Below, piece after piece: positions 48,713 to 63,900 of a stretch of 64,000 nt of DNA (its first letter is position 1; the number at the start of each line of letters is the position of its first letter). This stretch comes from Phoronis australis (taxonomy: Eukaryota > Animalia > Phoronida). A program made the position numbers and the translations under genes. Location of the stretch: assembly GCA_002633005.1 (NCBI GenBank), contig NMRA01000152.1, forward strand, positions 298,594 to 362,593, in the 5' to 3' direction. The notes beneath the pieces were generated by a model. It was not told the DNA's origin, ran no database searches, and was given only the letters and a program-made list of their open reading frames with translations.

Positions 48713-50578
48713 TTTGTTTTAAGTAACAAGAGGGCAGCACCAGTATACATTTGAGAGCCTGATTGCGCCTTCTGTTTTGTCAAGCAGACGGCGGTCCTGC
48801 ATTTGTGTTTTACGCGATACAGTTGCAGTTTCTGACAAACACGTCGATACAATGAATAATCAATACTTGCATGTCAGTAGGTTACAAACAACGCGCGTCG
48901 TTCTTACGCTGAAAACATAACAGAGTAGCCGCCCACACATTTAGTATTTAAAGATCAGTTGACGATGCTCAAGAAATTGATAGCTAAACTGGCTTTTGTT
49001 AAGGTGCATGAACACTGCAGAGATTAATGCCTCAGCGATGGAGACAACATGATGTGGCGCATTAACACTCGGCACATTTAATATCTAGATGAATAGTGGA
49101 AATGAAAGATTGACTTGCCATCTATGGAAGAGGAACTGGGGCGAGAAATGATATGACAGGTTAAGCTGTTGCCATGGATAGGCGACAGCGTTAACGCACA
49201 CGTGCACTTTTGCGCGCGCCTATAATATTACGTACATTTTGCAAGGGTGGAAAAATTACAAATACCCGTAATAGTCAATGGTCCCTCGATTGTAGGACTA
49301 TATTTCCTAAGCTGTTTCGCCTGAATATTTTTCTTATATGACTAAATAGAGTATTTATAATTCATTAGATAAGAAGTGCAAACATTTTTGGTAAGAATGA
49401 TTTTTTTTGATTTAACGGACAAAAATAGGTTATTTTGGCCAGCAATAGGCAATGTGACAGACTAAGAAACCTTATGTGGTAGCTGCGGTGACAAACTGAA
49501 TCCTCCGCGGGTACCAGAGAAGGTGCTTTTTGGCGGATAGACAAAAAGTACTGTTAAAATGGTTTAGCCGTAGTTAGTTTTGTTTGATGACGAAGAAGCG
49601 GCTAATGAAAACACGTTTGTATGCATAGCACGCATCGGAGTGTTTTTAGGAGTGTTTGCAAGGGTCTGGAAAAAATAATCAACTTGCTGAGGATTTAATC
49701 AGTCAGGGATAATATAAAATTACGAACATGTCGCAATTAAGTTCTGTTTATTTTAAAAATTATGTCATGTTGAAAGGGAACCACTCCCTTGGGCGTTTCA
49801 TTAAAGCTGGTTTGTGATAAAAATTATTGTGCACTGATTTTGAAGGAGCAACAAACCAGCCCTCCATTCTCTCGCTGTTTCAAAATTGCTATCCAGATGT
49901 TCCTCAGTCAAATTAAAATTCCATGATGAAGCTGACAGTTCGCTAATGTTTGAGACATTAATCGACAATAAAATCTGACTCCCACGGTGTTTTAAAGGCT
50001 CTTTCCTATACAGTTAAGTCAGCCACTTTCGAAGCTTCGATGGTGGTTAACCGCGAAGTTAAGGGCTATCATTCCCACCAGCTTTGGAGTTATTCAGGCA
50101 GTTAATTCAGCGGAGGTATCGCAAGGTGGCTGAGTGTCGGTTGATCTGACCAGAGGCAGTATGGCGGCAACTCATTTTGCGTACGTCACTAATTTTTGAT
50201 ACAGCGCTGACTTTATTACCCTTGTTTTGTGTATAGTTACGTCTGTAAGAACGACAAAAATAGTTCGTTTTGCCTGTCTCGACTACTAGACGGAAATAAA
50301 TTAAACTCTGTTGTTTGTTTCATAAATTTTGAGCCACAGAGAGACAAACAAATAGTTATGAGTTCCAAAGTTCTTAAAAAGAAATAGACTACGCATCATT
50401 TGAGAAAACGTCTGCGCACATCTCATTAGAAACTTCTACGAACTTTATACATTAATTATAATTCAATAGTTAGGAGAAATATTGTGTATACCAATTTGAA
50501 CTTGCAGGACAAAACTCCAAAGCCGTCATGTTTTTAATATTATGAATGGTTTCTGCTCTTCAGTGAGTATAAGCTTAC

Positions 50579-50762
50579 CTTCTAGAGATATTTGCCTTAG
50601 CCGCACAAGATCACTTTTGTTCCCAACCAAAATTACTGCAGTAGATCTGTGTTCTTCTTTTCGCAGCTTGAACAGAATGTCTGTGGCACGCTCAAACGAC
50701 CCTCTGTCGGTCACGGAGTAAACTACAACGTAAGTGTCTGGGCAAACATCCCTCAACGATGT
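50579..50762 (-). CDS. RGK-family small GTPase, penultimate coding exon
   Basis: ttcAG acceptor, G|GTAAGC donor; DTYVVVYSVTDRGSFERA...AVILVGNKSDLVRLRQIS (G4 NKSD); phases match both neighbouring exons. Confidence 0.92.
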
Positions 50763-52081
50763 CTGAAACAAAACACGATCTCACATTTACTCGCGGTACC
50801 CACCAGCCAAGCACTACAAAGACGAGGCATGCAAAAAACATAAAGCGACGTATTTTTAGTGTATGACTTTTGCCTTTGTAATCTGTTGCAGCTATAGCCT
50901 ATTTTGTTTTGAAACTCTAAAACCGCAGAGACGTGATTTCCGATAAATTCCTTTTTTATTTTCATTGCAAACTAAAAGGACAATCTCACGATAAGAGTGC
51001 TAGAAAAATAGCCTTTCTTATAGTCTTATCCCAAAGCACCAAGCTCCCAGCAAACGTTTTCCATTAGCTCCAGGCCCTCACTACTAAGTACATGTAGGGC
51101 CTACCGAGCACACGGGTTCGAGATCTGTGCTCCCTGCCTGGCTAGTCTTACACTACATGTGCATTTTCTCCCTGTGCTCGAACTTTGACCAACTAGAGTG
51201 AGTGAAAGAAGGATACCCCCATGGAAACCAGTGGCGATAACTGAAAGGGTTTACATAACTAAAAAATGTACTAAACAAAAAGCTTTCACGTGGACAGGAC
51301 AGAAGAATTTTGGCGAATAGGAAATTCTAATTGAGCGGATTTTTGTACGTTGTACAAGGAAACGGACGGCCCTTGATTCAGAGATAAAAATTCTCAAAAC
51401 CGCATTCTCAATAATCGCGGAAAATTAAATTCAATCGGTGTCCCCGGGAGAAGTCTGAAACATGGACACAAAAATGCGAATGGGAGTGAAAACTCGTAAA
51501 ATATATTCTAGTTTCAATTTCAAACAATTCAAAACCAATGAAAAATGATAAATAAAAGACAAGAACTCGACATCTTTAAGAGTACGAAATATGAAAATCC
51601 GGTCAAACCGGTTTTGCTATCTTGTTTGAATTGCACAAATACGACTTGTGTTAAGTCAGAAAAAAATCTCAGCAGGGAGCCGTTGAAATGAAAAGAACGG
51701 AAATTCAAGAATCAGCCAATACTCAGAGTTACCTAGGAAACGAAATAGCTATGCACCTATTGTAGATGGCAATTGGTCTTGAAATTCTATTCATGCATCT
51801 TGTGTGCTTGTTCAACTTGAATGGAAACGCAAGTGTGTATATGTGGGTAACTAGGTACTGACTTCCGCTAATTGTGTGGCACCGACAAACGAATACATGT
51901 ACAGTGATCGATCGCGTAACCGACAACGAGCACCCACATATACATGTATTTTGTTTTAAATAACATGGTATCCATTTTAGTTAATAAAACATTTCGTGTA
52001 TATCTTCTAGGCACGGCATAGAAAATTCCATGCATTCCGATAATTCAAATATCCTTCGTGACTGAAGATCACGTGACTCAC

Positions 52082-52164
52082 CTGGTCGTCTGCTTCAGTA
52101 AACAACATGGTGGACTCGACATCGTCTAATAGCACAGATACCGACTTTTCTGTTAACTCGTCAT
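52082..52164 (-). CDS. RGK-family small GTPase, internal exon (G2-G3 region)
   Basis: ttgcAG acceptor, CAG|GTGAGT donor; 83 bp encoding DELTEKSVSVLLDDVESTMLFTEADDQ; phase 0 join to 50762. Not in the ORF track. Confidence 0.85.
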
Positions 52165-55100
52165 CTGCAAATATAGGATTAAACCATGGTCAACAACAAT
52201 GTACCATTACTTATTAAGCATTTTCATTGATAGTTAATCAGATGCGTTTAAATACAAAGATTTAAAGCTCTATTTAGTGTTTGGTCACGCCCAACCCATT
52301 TTCAGTCATATGTGTTTCAGTGCATAATACAAAATGACGAACTCAGCCGTCGGGTACAAGTATTGTTATTTCTTGTCAAGCCAAAAAGTCGCTACCCTTT
52401 CTAATTTAAGGAAGGTACAAGTTGACACCCCTTGGATTACGGCAAATGACCTGTTATGAAATTCAACTGAGTCCTTGTTTTAAATAGCCACCTGTTATGA
52501 AATTCAACTGCATCCTTGTTTTACATAGTCAAAGTCGGAATCGTACAACATAGCATCTTTCAAAATCCTCGTGTATAGCAATTTGCATGAAGCTTTTTTG
52601 ACCTTTTAAATACGGCAATTCAACAAGAGTATCCAATAAGTCGTGCTCGTTTATCCATGTTTTTATTTTATTCATTCGCCCAATGACACGACACATTGAA
52701 TCAACATCATGTCATGATCAGTTCTTTGTCACCATTTACGCCAAGTTACGCATAACATGCGAATGATTCACAAGAAACTTCTACGTCTCAAAATGTCAGG
52801 GTATGACAGAAATTAGACTCCATTTCTGTCAACTAGGAGGTAAAGGATTTTTAAAAAATCGCGTGAAATCTGGCTACCTTAATATCCATCCAAATCATAG
52901 GAATGAACCGTGGGTGAAGCTGAATCTTGCCTACCAAGTACTATACGGCTACCTAACGATAAGCCACGTTTTATCATGTCGATACTAGAAAATAGCTATC
53001 TAAATGTTTTCCACGCATTTGCTATAACAGATTTTTATGATCTTGAACACTGAAGTCGCACATTTTATCAATTAATTACTTTAAAAGAGTTCACTGCGCA
53101 AAGTATTTAAGCATATTTCCCTTTGATGTTGAAAAGATAATTCTTCACCTCGGTATACCTTAAGTGTTATCTGTAAAATATAAACTGTTGCTTATTAATG
53201 AATTCCAGGCTATTTTAGGGTGGAATTCATCAATAAGTAGCTAAAAGCACCCATTAATCAGTATAAAAACTTCTATGTTTTTGTTGGTTAAAATACTGCA
53301 CGTCGCTGATAGCGGTTACATGCATGTTTCCAACGTGCCGTGAATCACAAGGCCAATCAAATTCACGCAACTGTCATGATCGGGCTGCGCACGCCACGTA
53401 TTCCACCAAAAAACCCTAATCTACAAATTGCTACGGCAACAGCCGAACTAAAATCTGCACAGTCCAGTTAACTCACTTGCTTTCTGCTCAAACCTAACCT
53501 ACAGTTAAGCACGTGGGCTGCCGGGCAAACCAGAACAAAGACGTGGGTGGGATGGAAAGAATGCCTTCCTGCTGTCCCCTTGTCTGCAAACTGCACTGGA
53601 ACAGCACTGACAAAGTTGTTCACCGCGTATAAAACTACACATACCGCGATGGGGCACTGCGATTTGATTCATTTCTCGGCGAGGACGTTGGCATCTGGCG
53701 CAATGGCAGCGAATATTTTGAGAGGTATGAAAAGGTGAAAAGTCCGCTCATACAGGTAATCAAAACATATTAAGATTCCGGGAAAATGTGACGTCTGGCG
53801 AAGCAAAAAAATACAGTTACAGAATGTCAGTCATCGAACTCATCAATCGGCAGCTTCTCTTATTCCAAGCAAATCAACTCTCTGCTCCTCGGACTCTTTT
53901 GGTACATATGACATTAAGGACGCAAGCGATTCATTTACAATTGGCATTTGGCAAGCTATTACGTTCTTAAATGCCATTATAAGGCCAGTATTCATTTGAA
54001 CGCAATTTAGGAATATTGGTCTGAAATTAAATGACACTTCGTACGTGTTCTAAATGTTTCGCACATGTGATCTAGAGGCTGTCGCCGCATGTAATTATTT
54101 GAAATTTGTAAGCATATTGTTTCACGGAACGTAATGGTGCTAATATGAACAATTCGAAATGGTTTAAAGTAACAATGTCTTTGTAATATTACTCTATGCA
54201 TTGAAACAAATATCTAAAAAGATGCAGCATAACGATATTCAAGTCAGCTGGCCTAGCATGCGAACATGTACCTAAAGGTCGTTACAGTCCATCGAATTAA
54301 TTATCGTCCGAATGTCAGCAACAAAAATGCCATGGAAATACCATTGGCCTTCCTATAAAGAGATGGTAGGGATTAGTATATTTTACTTATAAACTAAGAC
54401 GGCATGACATTAATTTTGTTTGACAAATGGAGCAAATGCCGTGCTCGCGCTTCGGCTGTTTTTCGCTCATATTTAGTGGAAAGTGCGTCATCGTACCATA
54501 CTTTTTAACTTCTACCTTGCTCTTTGCTCTAGTAGAAGCTGCTGTTCGACTTTTCCACGTTTAAAACAGCACCCATGTTTCAGATACAGATCTCAAAAAG
54601 ATCATGCATGTGAGTGTATAGCACAGATTACGTTAAATATCGTACTTGCCCGCCACCTAGCGGATGAGTTCACAAACAAGGTGACTGAACGGTCATTGGC
54701 CATATGTGAAGGAAGTGTACACCCACAAGGAGTTGCGTTTGATCACTTACTCGGAAATGGATGGATTTAAACACAGTTTCAAAGCGGCTATGAAAGAAAA
54801 TTTGTCGTTTCCATTTCTACAAAGGTTTACATAGGGCACTTGACACAAATGCTTTCCGGTAATTTAACCGTGAAGGTCTCGGATAAGGACGCCTTGCATT
54901 ACTTTGCCTTACTATAGGCTTTACAAAGGGTTCAGTTAGTCCAGCACATTTTCCTCAGGTGTTCGTCAACGGAAATACTTCTTCATTAACGGTTTTGATT
55001 CGTGCAGTATTTTCGTTTATTGTATGTTAAGGCACCTTAAGCGATCCCAACTGTTTAACACAGATAAACTGGTTCTCCAAGAGTCGCTGGCATACACCCT

Positions 55101-55829
55101 CTACACACACTCGCATTCCCAGTACACACCAGATAATTTAAAGTATTCAAGATTTGTTCACGCCTATAGATTTGTGTAATGCGACATTACATGGTGCGTT
55201 TTGAACATTATAAAACAACACCAGTGATGTGCTGTCGGCCGAATTACAGTATTTCTAAATATTGCCGTTTTTTTCAATAACTCCCGACTAAATTTTATCA
55301 AGTCTTTCACTATAAAACTTCGACCTTGGTTGCTATCCTGAATAGATCAAGAGAGAGCATATGTACAATTTCCGTACAGAACAAAACTTTTATTGGAAGC
55401 ATGGCCTCTTAATAGCGACAATAAAACATTTGCCATTTTAACCTCAATCTTACCCTCGCAGGGTTCAGGTGGGATATTGGTAAACACACTCACGTATAAG
55501 CGAGTGGTTAACAATTAGAACCGACGGCGCTAATAACTGAGTCAACACGAGACCACCGTTTGAACGTTGACAGATAATAATGAAACTACCTCGTATTACC
55601 TCTGCTAACGAATCAATAACTTAGGTGTTTTGAAATAAAGTCAAGAGTCTGTCATAACCTCGTAGGGTCAACTGTAACCTAAAGGACAACAATGAGAATT
55701 AAACAGATGCTGATATATTTCTGTACACTCACGGAGTTTTAATAAATAACACGCCGAAAATCACCGGAATCAAACATGATAGTTTGTCAGGTCACAGAAA
55801 CGTTCTACAGTACGACAGCCGTATTAAAG

Positions 55830-56100
55830 AAATGAATTCTTCATTATTCAAACATTTAGTGGTCAAATCCCAAAATGAGTATTATGGGAATTGTGTCCCA
55901 CAAATCTTGAATTATATCTGATAATTCGTGATTTGCATCCCGCAATTCAACATTCGAACCTCACCGACTAACCACTTCAGTGGCAGCCATTTTCTTAGGT
56001 GACGGTAGTAGGGCCTCGATAATGCTCGAGAAACACTCGCCTTTCATTCACGGGATTTTGCGTGGTTTTGCGTGAACTCATTAACAGTTCAGCTGTAGTT
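55830..56100. repeat. Dispersed repeat family (also ~58015-58160, and inverted at ~47915-48005)
   Basis: Shared ATCCC..AATTCAAC...CACCG.C.AA.CAC..CAG..GC..CCATT block. Confidence 0.55.
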
Positions 56101-57887
56101 TTCAAAATGTAATGTCAACTACACCCACTTAATTTCTCGACTTCGGTGCACGAATTCCAATCATCTAATATGTGCCGAGATGTAGGATATATATGGAGGG
56201 CGCCATAAATATATGTGCCAGTGGGGAGTACATGTAGGTATGGACTTGTCTAATCTGTCGTAAAAATAATGGCATAATCTGTTGATCGTGTTTCTTATTA
56301 GGTTGATCGTTTGATCCCGAGTTAATGATCGGGAAATGGCTAATAAGTTGTTATGAAATCCTCATGTAAACCGGCGATATTCCCTAATAGCCTATAAACG
56401 TCAAGTGGAATTTGCAGATCTATTTTTATTCGCGACTAATAACGCCATTTCACGTATGACTCGATTGTCGTGTCCTTAAATAGCGTTCAACTCATGTCAA
56501 ATCGTGCATAAAAATGCTTCGACAACGAATGGCAAAATATGAGTAATGGATAAAATAATACATACAATTATGAAAGTTGCTTTTTCGCTATTTAGTGAGT
56601 TATGACTTAGAGACAACCTAATAACTCATGAGAAAGCAAACACATTCAAAGGCCTCGTCAGTGGCATCTGTTTAACGCCAGGTGTCGTTCCTTTTTGCAG
56701 TCGAGTATTCGACACAATTAAACTTGCGCGAACGTAAACAAGCTGCGTGCTAACATGTTCCTCGGTTCGGCTAAAATTAAATTTAAAATGCGTAGGTTCG
56801 AAGCTTTCGTAGTCTGTGAGGTAAACATTACAATGTTGATTTTTTATTACTTGGTTTGTCCATTTTCACCTGTCCTCCAGACAATTACACGCTCCTACAA
56901 ACAGGTGCATGCATTTGATCTGCTCACTCAGCAGCAGGTAATGCGCTTGATATCAAGATGAGCAAATACACGATTCCACAACTTAGTCTATGCCATGGGT
57001 GGCCAAGGATGAGATTAGGGTCTAAAAATAGTTTGTCATGGTTTATTTTAACTTCACGCCCACTGCACTGTGTGTAAAGGTGTGCAATAAATGAATGCGC
57101 ATGCGTAATTTCAGGTGGACTGCGCGGCATTACAAACAAGTTGATTTATAAGTCTCAGGTGTTATACTGCAAGGTTTTAGATGCTTCTGTCAGCCTGTGA
57201 GGCCATCTTGGCCTATGTAACTTGGAGACTAGCATGAGATTTGTTGAATATAAGATAATGAAAATGTAAATTTGATTACAAATATTAGGTAACTTACATA
57301 TATAAATATAACATTAAGTGGTTCCGGACACAGAAAACAGATGTTTTTGGGCTTTGGAAACCGACAGTCGCTAATACTTGATATCAGGTTCGATGAGATG
57401 AATTGTCACGCGGGGTCATTTTAAGTAATGAGCTTGTCCTCAAGAATTACCGGACTGTCTATTTTTGCCAAGTCCAGGCGTCTTTCCTTGCTGGATTAAG
57501 GAACAAAATGAGGCAATTATTATAGCGGAAAGTGGTTTAAGTCGAAAGTTCTATTTTGGCAGCTATGGTGGGTTTGTAGCGCCGCTAACGAAAATAATTG
57601 CTGGGTTGATTGAAACCTCGACTCCACCTGCCGATGAAATTGAACTCCGGAAAACCATTTTGTAATCTAGACAACGAGTCTGATAGCAAATTATTTCCCT
57701 AAACACATGGCAGAAAATGAGTAATAATTTGTAGTAAATTGGAAATTGAACGTTTTGCTCGTTTCGGCGGCTGTTATATCGATCCATAATTCTCAGCTCA
57801 GTATAGACAGGTTGACGTTTGAGGATGGCCCAGAGCCTCAAAAAACAAATGTACCGGCTCAAGAAACACTACGTCAGTAAAGTGACA

Positions 57888-57955
57888 TATTCGGAAGCCC
57901 AACATGGTTCGAACCCAAGACATCAGTGGCAGTAGTCCGACGCTCTACGGGATAG
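57888..57955 (-). mobile_element. Possible tRNA-derived SINE head
   Basis: Minus strand: GTAGAGCGTCGGACT...GGGTTCGAACC (A-box-like remnant and B box); no complete cloverleaf. Confidence 0.35.
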
Positions 57956-60900
57956 AATTCAACAGACAACAATACACTAATGAATATTCGCAGCAAAAAA
58001 AAACGAAACATGTGAATGAAATCCCAAAATTCATTATTTCAATCCCATAATTCAACACCGACCAATCACTTCAGTGCCTGCCATTTTAGCTAATATATGT
58101 ACACGCTATGATCCCGAATATAATGGCTAAACACTCGCTTTTTTTCGCGTGATTTAGGAAAGTCTTGGGAGATCTTGTGTGCGAGACACTTGGTAGAGCT
58201 AAAGCCACCGTGTCAAGTATATGATTATTTTAAGCGCATTTTACTGATAAGGTCATCGGCCTCGATTTCAGTTAATTCTATCAAATGACTAGAAGCCATA
58301 CAGGGAATCGGCGTTCTGATAAAATCACAAAAACACAATGGATTATGCTGTTTCATAGCTCTGGTCAAACCAAAGAAACCTGTCCCACCCATCCACAATC
58401 CCAAAGATGCGTTCTTGGCCTTCGACTGCGAAACCACGAAGCACGGAAAATGATGAGAAGTAATCAATTACTACACAAATCCGTGGAATTAAGAATTAAT
58501 TCGTCAGAGATCTTTGGTCATAAAATCAGAAGCTCTGTTCAACTAGCCTATACAGTGGTCGTTTATTCGCAAATATAAGATACTAGACTATCGTCAGCCC
58601 ATCTACTGATATGCGCCACTGGAACATATGCGCGCGCGAACCATTGATTCTTGAAAACGAATCGGACGTGATGCGGATCGTTTTTGTTCGTTTCCATGTC
58701 TTCTTGTTAGTGTACATTAAGATGCAAATCGCAAGCCTACGTATGATTCAATGGTTCGCGCGGATGGTTCACTTCTTCTTCTTCTTGCAGACGATTTGAA
58801 GCTTGTATATTTGATAAAGTATTGTTTTCTACTGCATCATGAAACTGTTCGGCGATGTTTCGCGGACAAGGGATGCAGATTTATCGTCTGCTTGGATATT
58901 CTTTGCGAGCAGTCATGTCTATCAAGCTTCTCCAGAGACTTTTACTTTTTCGCTGCGCCTGCATCCGAATTGATTGTTTGATTTTTTTATCTGCATCATC
59001 GTTTTCTGTAAAACAGAACATCAAGAAGACGTGCGCGTCCATGCGCAGTATATTTTAATTGTTGGCGATGTTGGTGCACTCAAATCCTTCTGATTACTTA
59101 GCAACGGTTGGTCTACACGGTGAACCATCGATTGTAATTATAGTGCAGTATTCGTTTGTTTTGAATATTAATGTAAACCAACCGGTTTACCTCGAGGGCC
59201 TAGTCAAATTAGAACAAAAGAACAATTGCGCTCAGTTATTACAACGGCTGCACGATCTATAATCTGAGCCGCCTTTACATGCACACAACATTTTATGAAG
59301 TATGGCGTGGCATCATTGAGATTTTCGAACCTGTTCAACACCTGCAGCTTTTGCCTTTTGAATTAGTGCACACTGTTTCAACATTACGTGCAAAGTAGGC
59401 GATTTGTTCATTTATTCCGAAAGGCTCTCTTGCTTTTAACTCATAAGCCACTTCATTGGGCCTTTGGTAAACAAAAGATTCCCCTGAGACTTTGAATTAT
59501 GAACGCCTTCACTTCCGTCGTTAGTGTCACCAAATACAATGTTTTTTTGGTTGCTTTTCGAGAAAACCGAGTTAAATGAGTTCACAAAGTTTTTACGATG
59601 TCGCGGAGTTTTCCCATTCTACAAGAAAATCAGGTTTATACAATAGCAACACATTTGGACGAATGGTGTATCATGATACAGTACACAACACACTATGACC
59701 TAACGCTGTAGATGTACTGCGTCAAGCAGGCTATATAGGCCTAATGGAAACGCTAGAAGACAGATTGCGCCACCAAGTATACCTCTCGATGCAGTGGCAC
59801 TGCCTAGGAACTGTTAGAAGCCTCAACAGATTAGGGCGCAATGACTTTTCGAGAACTTGTCAATAAGCATGTAAGGGCAGTGTGTGCAGTTACATGTAGG
59901 AGGTTATCTTGGTTGTGATATACTGACCTGGTTCGCCTGTAATGCATCACAGTAAAAGTCTCAGATCTGACGCGCTGTGTCAATTACACTTGTCATCCTG
60001 GATTCTTCAATGAACCTTAAGCTCTATCATCATGTTTCCCCCGACTGCGTGATCATCATGTTTCCCCAGACTGCTAAGTGTTCCTAAATTTCCAAGCTGT
60101 GTTTAAAATCTACGGATTTAAGGTTACGTGTACATGTAATCCTATTTCACAAAAGGTTACGTAAGATATGTCCTCTACATGCAGCAAAATAGGTAAAGAT
60201 TTCAAGTAAATTTAATTTTTATACAAATTATAAGCTGTTACGTTCTCGTGAAAAGCAACGCCCGTTTGGTCCACGTGTAAACTGACAATCAAATCAAATC
60301 TCGCGTCAAAATTCTCCCACAAAGCAAAGTCTTATTTTTTTCAACCAACCAGCGGTTAGTGAATCCGTTTCATAGCATCATTTCGAAGTTATGGGCATTT
60401 TTATTTATTGTTATGTCCCGTAAAGTGAAACGTTGTAGGAAAATCGCGTGAACGACAGCGACATGTGAGAATCCAGTCCCGTTACAGTCGACATCGAACC
60501 AACGTCCTGCGCAATCGTCTGCATTAGTTTGCAGTAAATTCTACGCAAGTGCTAACATTTTGAAAAGACAACTATCGCCGAACATATGTGTGTTCTGAAG
60601 CACTGTTACATGCCATATTGATTTCGCGATAAAACCAACGTTGTCCTTGGACCAATGAATTAGTGATCAGCTTTGGGCAACGCCCTTAAAGTTTCAGTGC
60701 TAAAATATGAGAATTTCAGTTAAAAACCTCGATAAATTTTGCATTGATTTTGGAAAAATAAACGATATAAGAAAGAAACTGTCACGACTGTGATCAAGCC
60801 AAGTTCGCCGGAATGAAAATCGTTAACAAAACTATGAATACTCTACTAACAACATCAAATTACTGCACGTTTTTCATCGATTGCCATATCAGGGCAAGAC

Positions 60901-63900
60901 TTCAAATTTTGGAGCATGATATTTTGAAAAAGAGATCAACGATTTTAGGTGTGTTTGAATTTTCTATCACTATAAACTCTCACTGTCAAAACCGGTGTCA
61001 CATTATTTTTAATCTTATTTAAAGCAAGAGAGAAGTGAATATAATAAAAAGTTAAGAACTGAACGTCTTGTGAAAAATAAATAATCGGTTCAAGCTCGTA
61101 ACATAGAAAATCCCGAGGCAACGGAGAGTTTGATGAATGCCGGTGAAAGGACATTTTCTGTCAATTTGCCCTTCAAAAACGATATGCATGTGACGAGACC
61201 ACGAGAATGGAGTAGATGTGACTGAGATGGATAGGTTTGCCTCGACTCCCTAATTTCAGAATTATAGGCTTTCACTGTGTTGACAGCCGATATTTACTTA
61301 AGGGTCATAAATCCCAGACAAAACAGTAAGGAATATTATGAGAGCGACTTAATGAGCTGAAGTGGCTTAATTCACTTTTCGTTTTTTGAGACAGCTTGCT
61401 GAGGAAGTGCAGTTTTAACTTCGTAGTAAATAGGTGGATTTAACCAGGAGCGTTGACTCTTCGGTGTGGTGTGAACAGTTAACTACGGTGCAATCGGAGT
61501 TGCCGGCAGGTGTCGCTGTAAATAACGGAGAGTGTTGTGGCCAATAGGCCTAATATAAGAAGAAGAAGACGGAGGAGTACACGTAACCTTAACCAACCAC
61601 TGAAGAATGAACTCAAGTTAATAGACCAAAGCAACTGACATTCCTGATTAGTTCAAATCTATTGGGGTTTTAATCAAGCAAATCTAAAATCGATTCTTTT
61701 AGTAATCGACATGGCCCCGTGTTATTTCCACGCACTTACATGTACGCGTGTGTCGAAATAATGCTATTAAAAATCAAATAGTCAAAATTATTTTGAGCGA
61801 AGTTTTCAGTTAAATATGTTTTTCTACTAAATTTCCACCAAGAATTTACCTTGAAAACACTGTGGAAGACTTCTCAGAAAATTGACTGTAGTGTGTTACG
61901 ACAAATTTATGTGTCGCCCATGCCGTACTGTAGAAGACGAGGAAAATCGTCGCAGGCATGAGTGTAAATTCAAATGAGCCTTTTCGAATTGAAGTTAACT
62001 TCCATGTTAGAATCAAATGAACTATTTTTACTGAATATTTGGTAGCTGTTTAAAAATAGTTATTTTTGAACAGATATTTGGTTTGCCAAATGTTTGGCTT
62101 CAAATCTTGGTAGAAAGAAAAATACTAAACCATTCCAAGCCTGCCGATGTGTTTTGAATACATTTTTCTCTTCAGTGTTCATCTAACTGTTGCTAATTTG
62201 AAGATCCAACATGTATAACAATCAAGTCGTTGAGAAGCTTTCATGCATACATTTAAGAGAGTTTTGGTAAAACGAAGCTCTCGGGCTCGAATACAATACC
62301 AGTATCTGTACACATATGGTGGTATCCCATGAGTGTGCCTGCTGCAGAGGTGCGAACGACGTCATATCGGTTTTAACTCCTGCTGACGTCATTGCCTTTG
62401 TTCCCGCAAGTCGGTTAATGTGCGGCAGAGCACTCTCATCACATGGAGAGTTGACACTTTTAAAAGTTATTACGCAAGTTACTTGTGGAAGAAAGCGAAG
62501 AAAATAATCTTCTGTTTAAGCAGAACTGACGCACAACTAACACGATAAAGTGTGTTTACGTGAAAGCTTCAGCTAATACTTGCAATAATTTCAGAGTGCG
62601 TTGAAGCGAAAGTTTGGTGGCTCATAATACGGGATGAGTATTTATACGATGATGACTAAAAACCATCACACGCCCTTTAGGCCAATTAAACACTAAAACA
62701 GCAGCCCGGCCCGGAACTCATCGACTGTCCTTAAACAAATGTAATGCAGATGCCAATGAAGATATCAAACTCGAGTGCGTTGAGTCACAGACGAACATCT
62801 GGCACAGGGTTTCTTTGAAAACATTAGATCATATGCGCCATATTTGGGCTAATAATCTACACCCATATGTCGCTTCGTGACACATTGTGAGAATCTGGTT
62901 TTTCTGCAATTCTGCATAAAAATGTGCAATGTCGTTTGGAGAGAGCTCATAACCCGAAAACAATATATCTTACAGTAATCAACGGAGTTTCGATTGCTTT
63001 GCTGCCATTTATCAGAATAAATAATTGTGTATTAGCTAGTTTTGTATTTTACCAGCACGTGATATCTCCTGAACTCACGTCGTTTCAATGTCATATAGGA
63101 GTAAATAAGGTGGCAGAAAAAAATAATCCTCGTTTTAGTAAGACTCGCTCAAATGACAGTCCATAAATATTAATAATCCAGGAAAACACTGAACAAAAAT
63201 GTTTCTCTTCAAATGTCCGTACTTGCCTGCCCCGCTCATATTTTTTATTCATGCAAGCAACATGTCCAATCTCTGTGCAACGGTCGATATATTTCTTGTG
63301 CGAACCTGACAGACGGATTACCCGCGCTTCAGAGAATGCCAGACACATGGCGAAGACAAACGCCCACTCATTGGCATTGGTACAGTTGGGGAAAGTTTGA
63401 TTTCACACAATGGCAGCCCAGATACATGTATGTGGTTCTGACAACGGTTTGTTTGATTTCATGAGACTGATTCAATGTTCGTTCAGGACAAATCTAGTTA
63501 ATGGAAGTTTCATCGAGCTTGTTTCAAGTTACATGCGAGTTTAACTGTTGTGTAAGTTGATATATAAATAAATAACTGTGTTACCTATATTTCTAACAGA
63601 AGCTGGCGTTGATTTTGCTTGCCTTCTAAAAATGGCGAGTCTCTATTTTTTGATTTGATTTTGCGTCGCCTCACAAAAGGTGAAGTCGTGAAATAAGACC
63701 ACGGTTGACATTTCTTTCGTTCTGTGGTTATGCTGTAGACGTAATGGAGCTCATAGACATCATTTTTGGCTAAAACAGCTCCATTTGTATTTGATGTTGC
63801 CATCTTGAAATTTTTCATTTTGAGCACTCGAAGCAGCCCTTCCAACGCTGAGTACCTCCCGACTCAAAAGTCGAAGATCATACAATATAAATGTATCTAG

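Noticed and set aside
57888-57955. tRNA gene
   Set aside because: B box present, but no acceptor stem or full cloverleaf; at most a SINE head.
63585-63845. 86-aa minus-strand ORF as candidate RGK first exon
   Set aside because: No P-loop motif, ends in a stop and has no convincing phase-1 donor.
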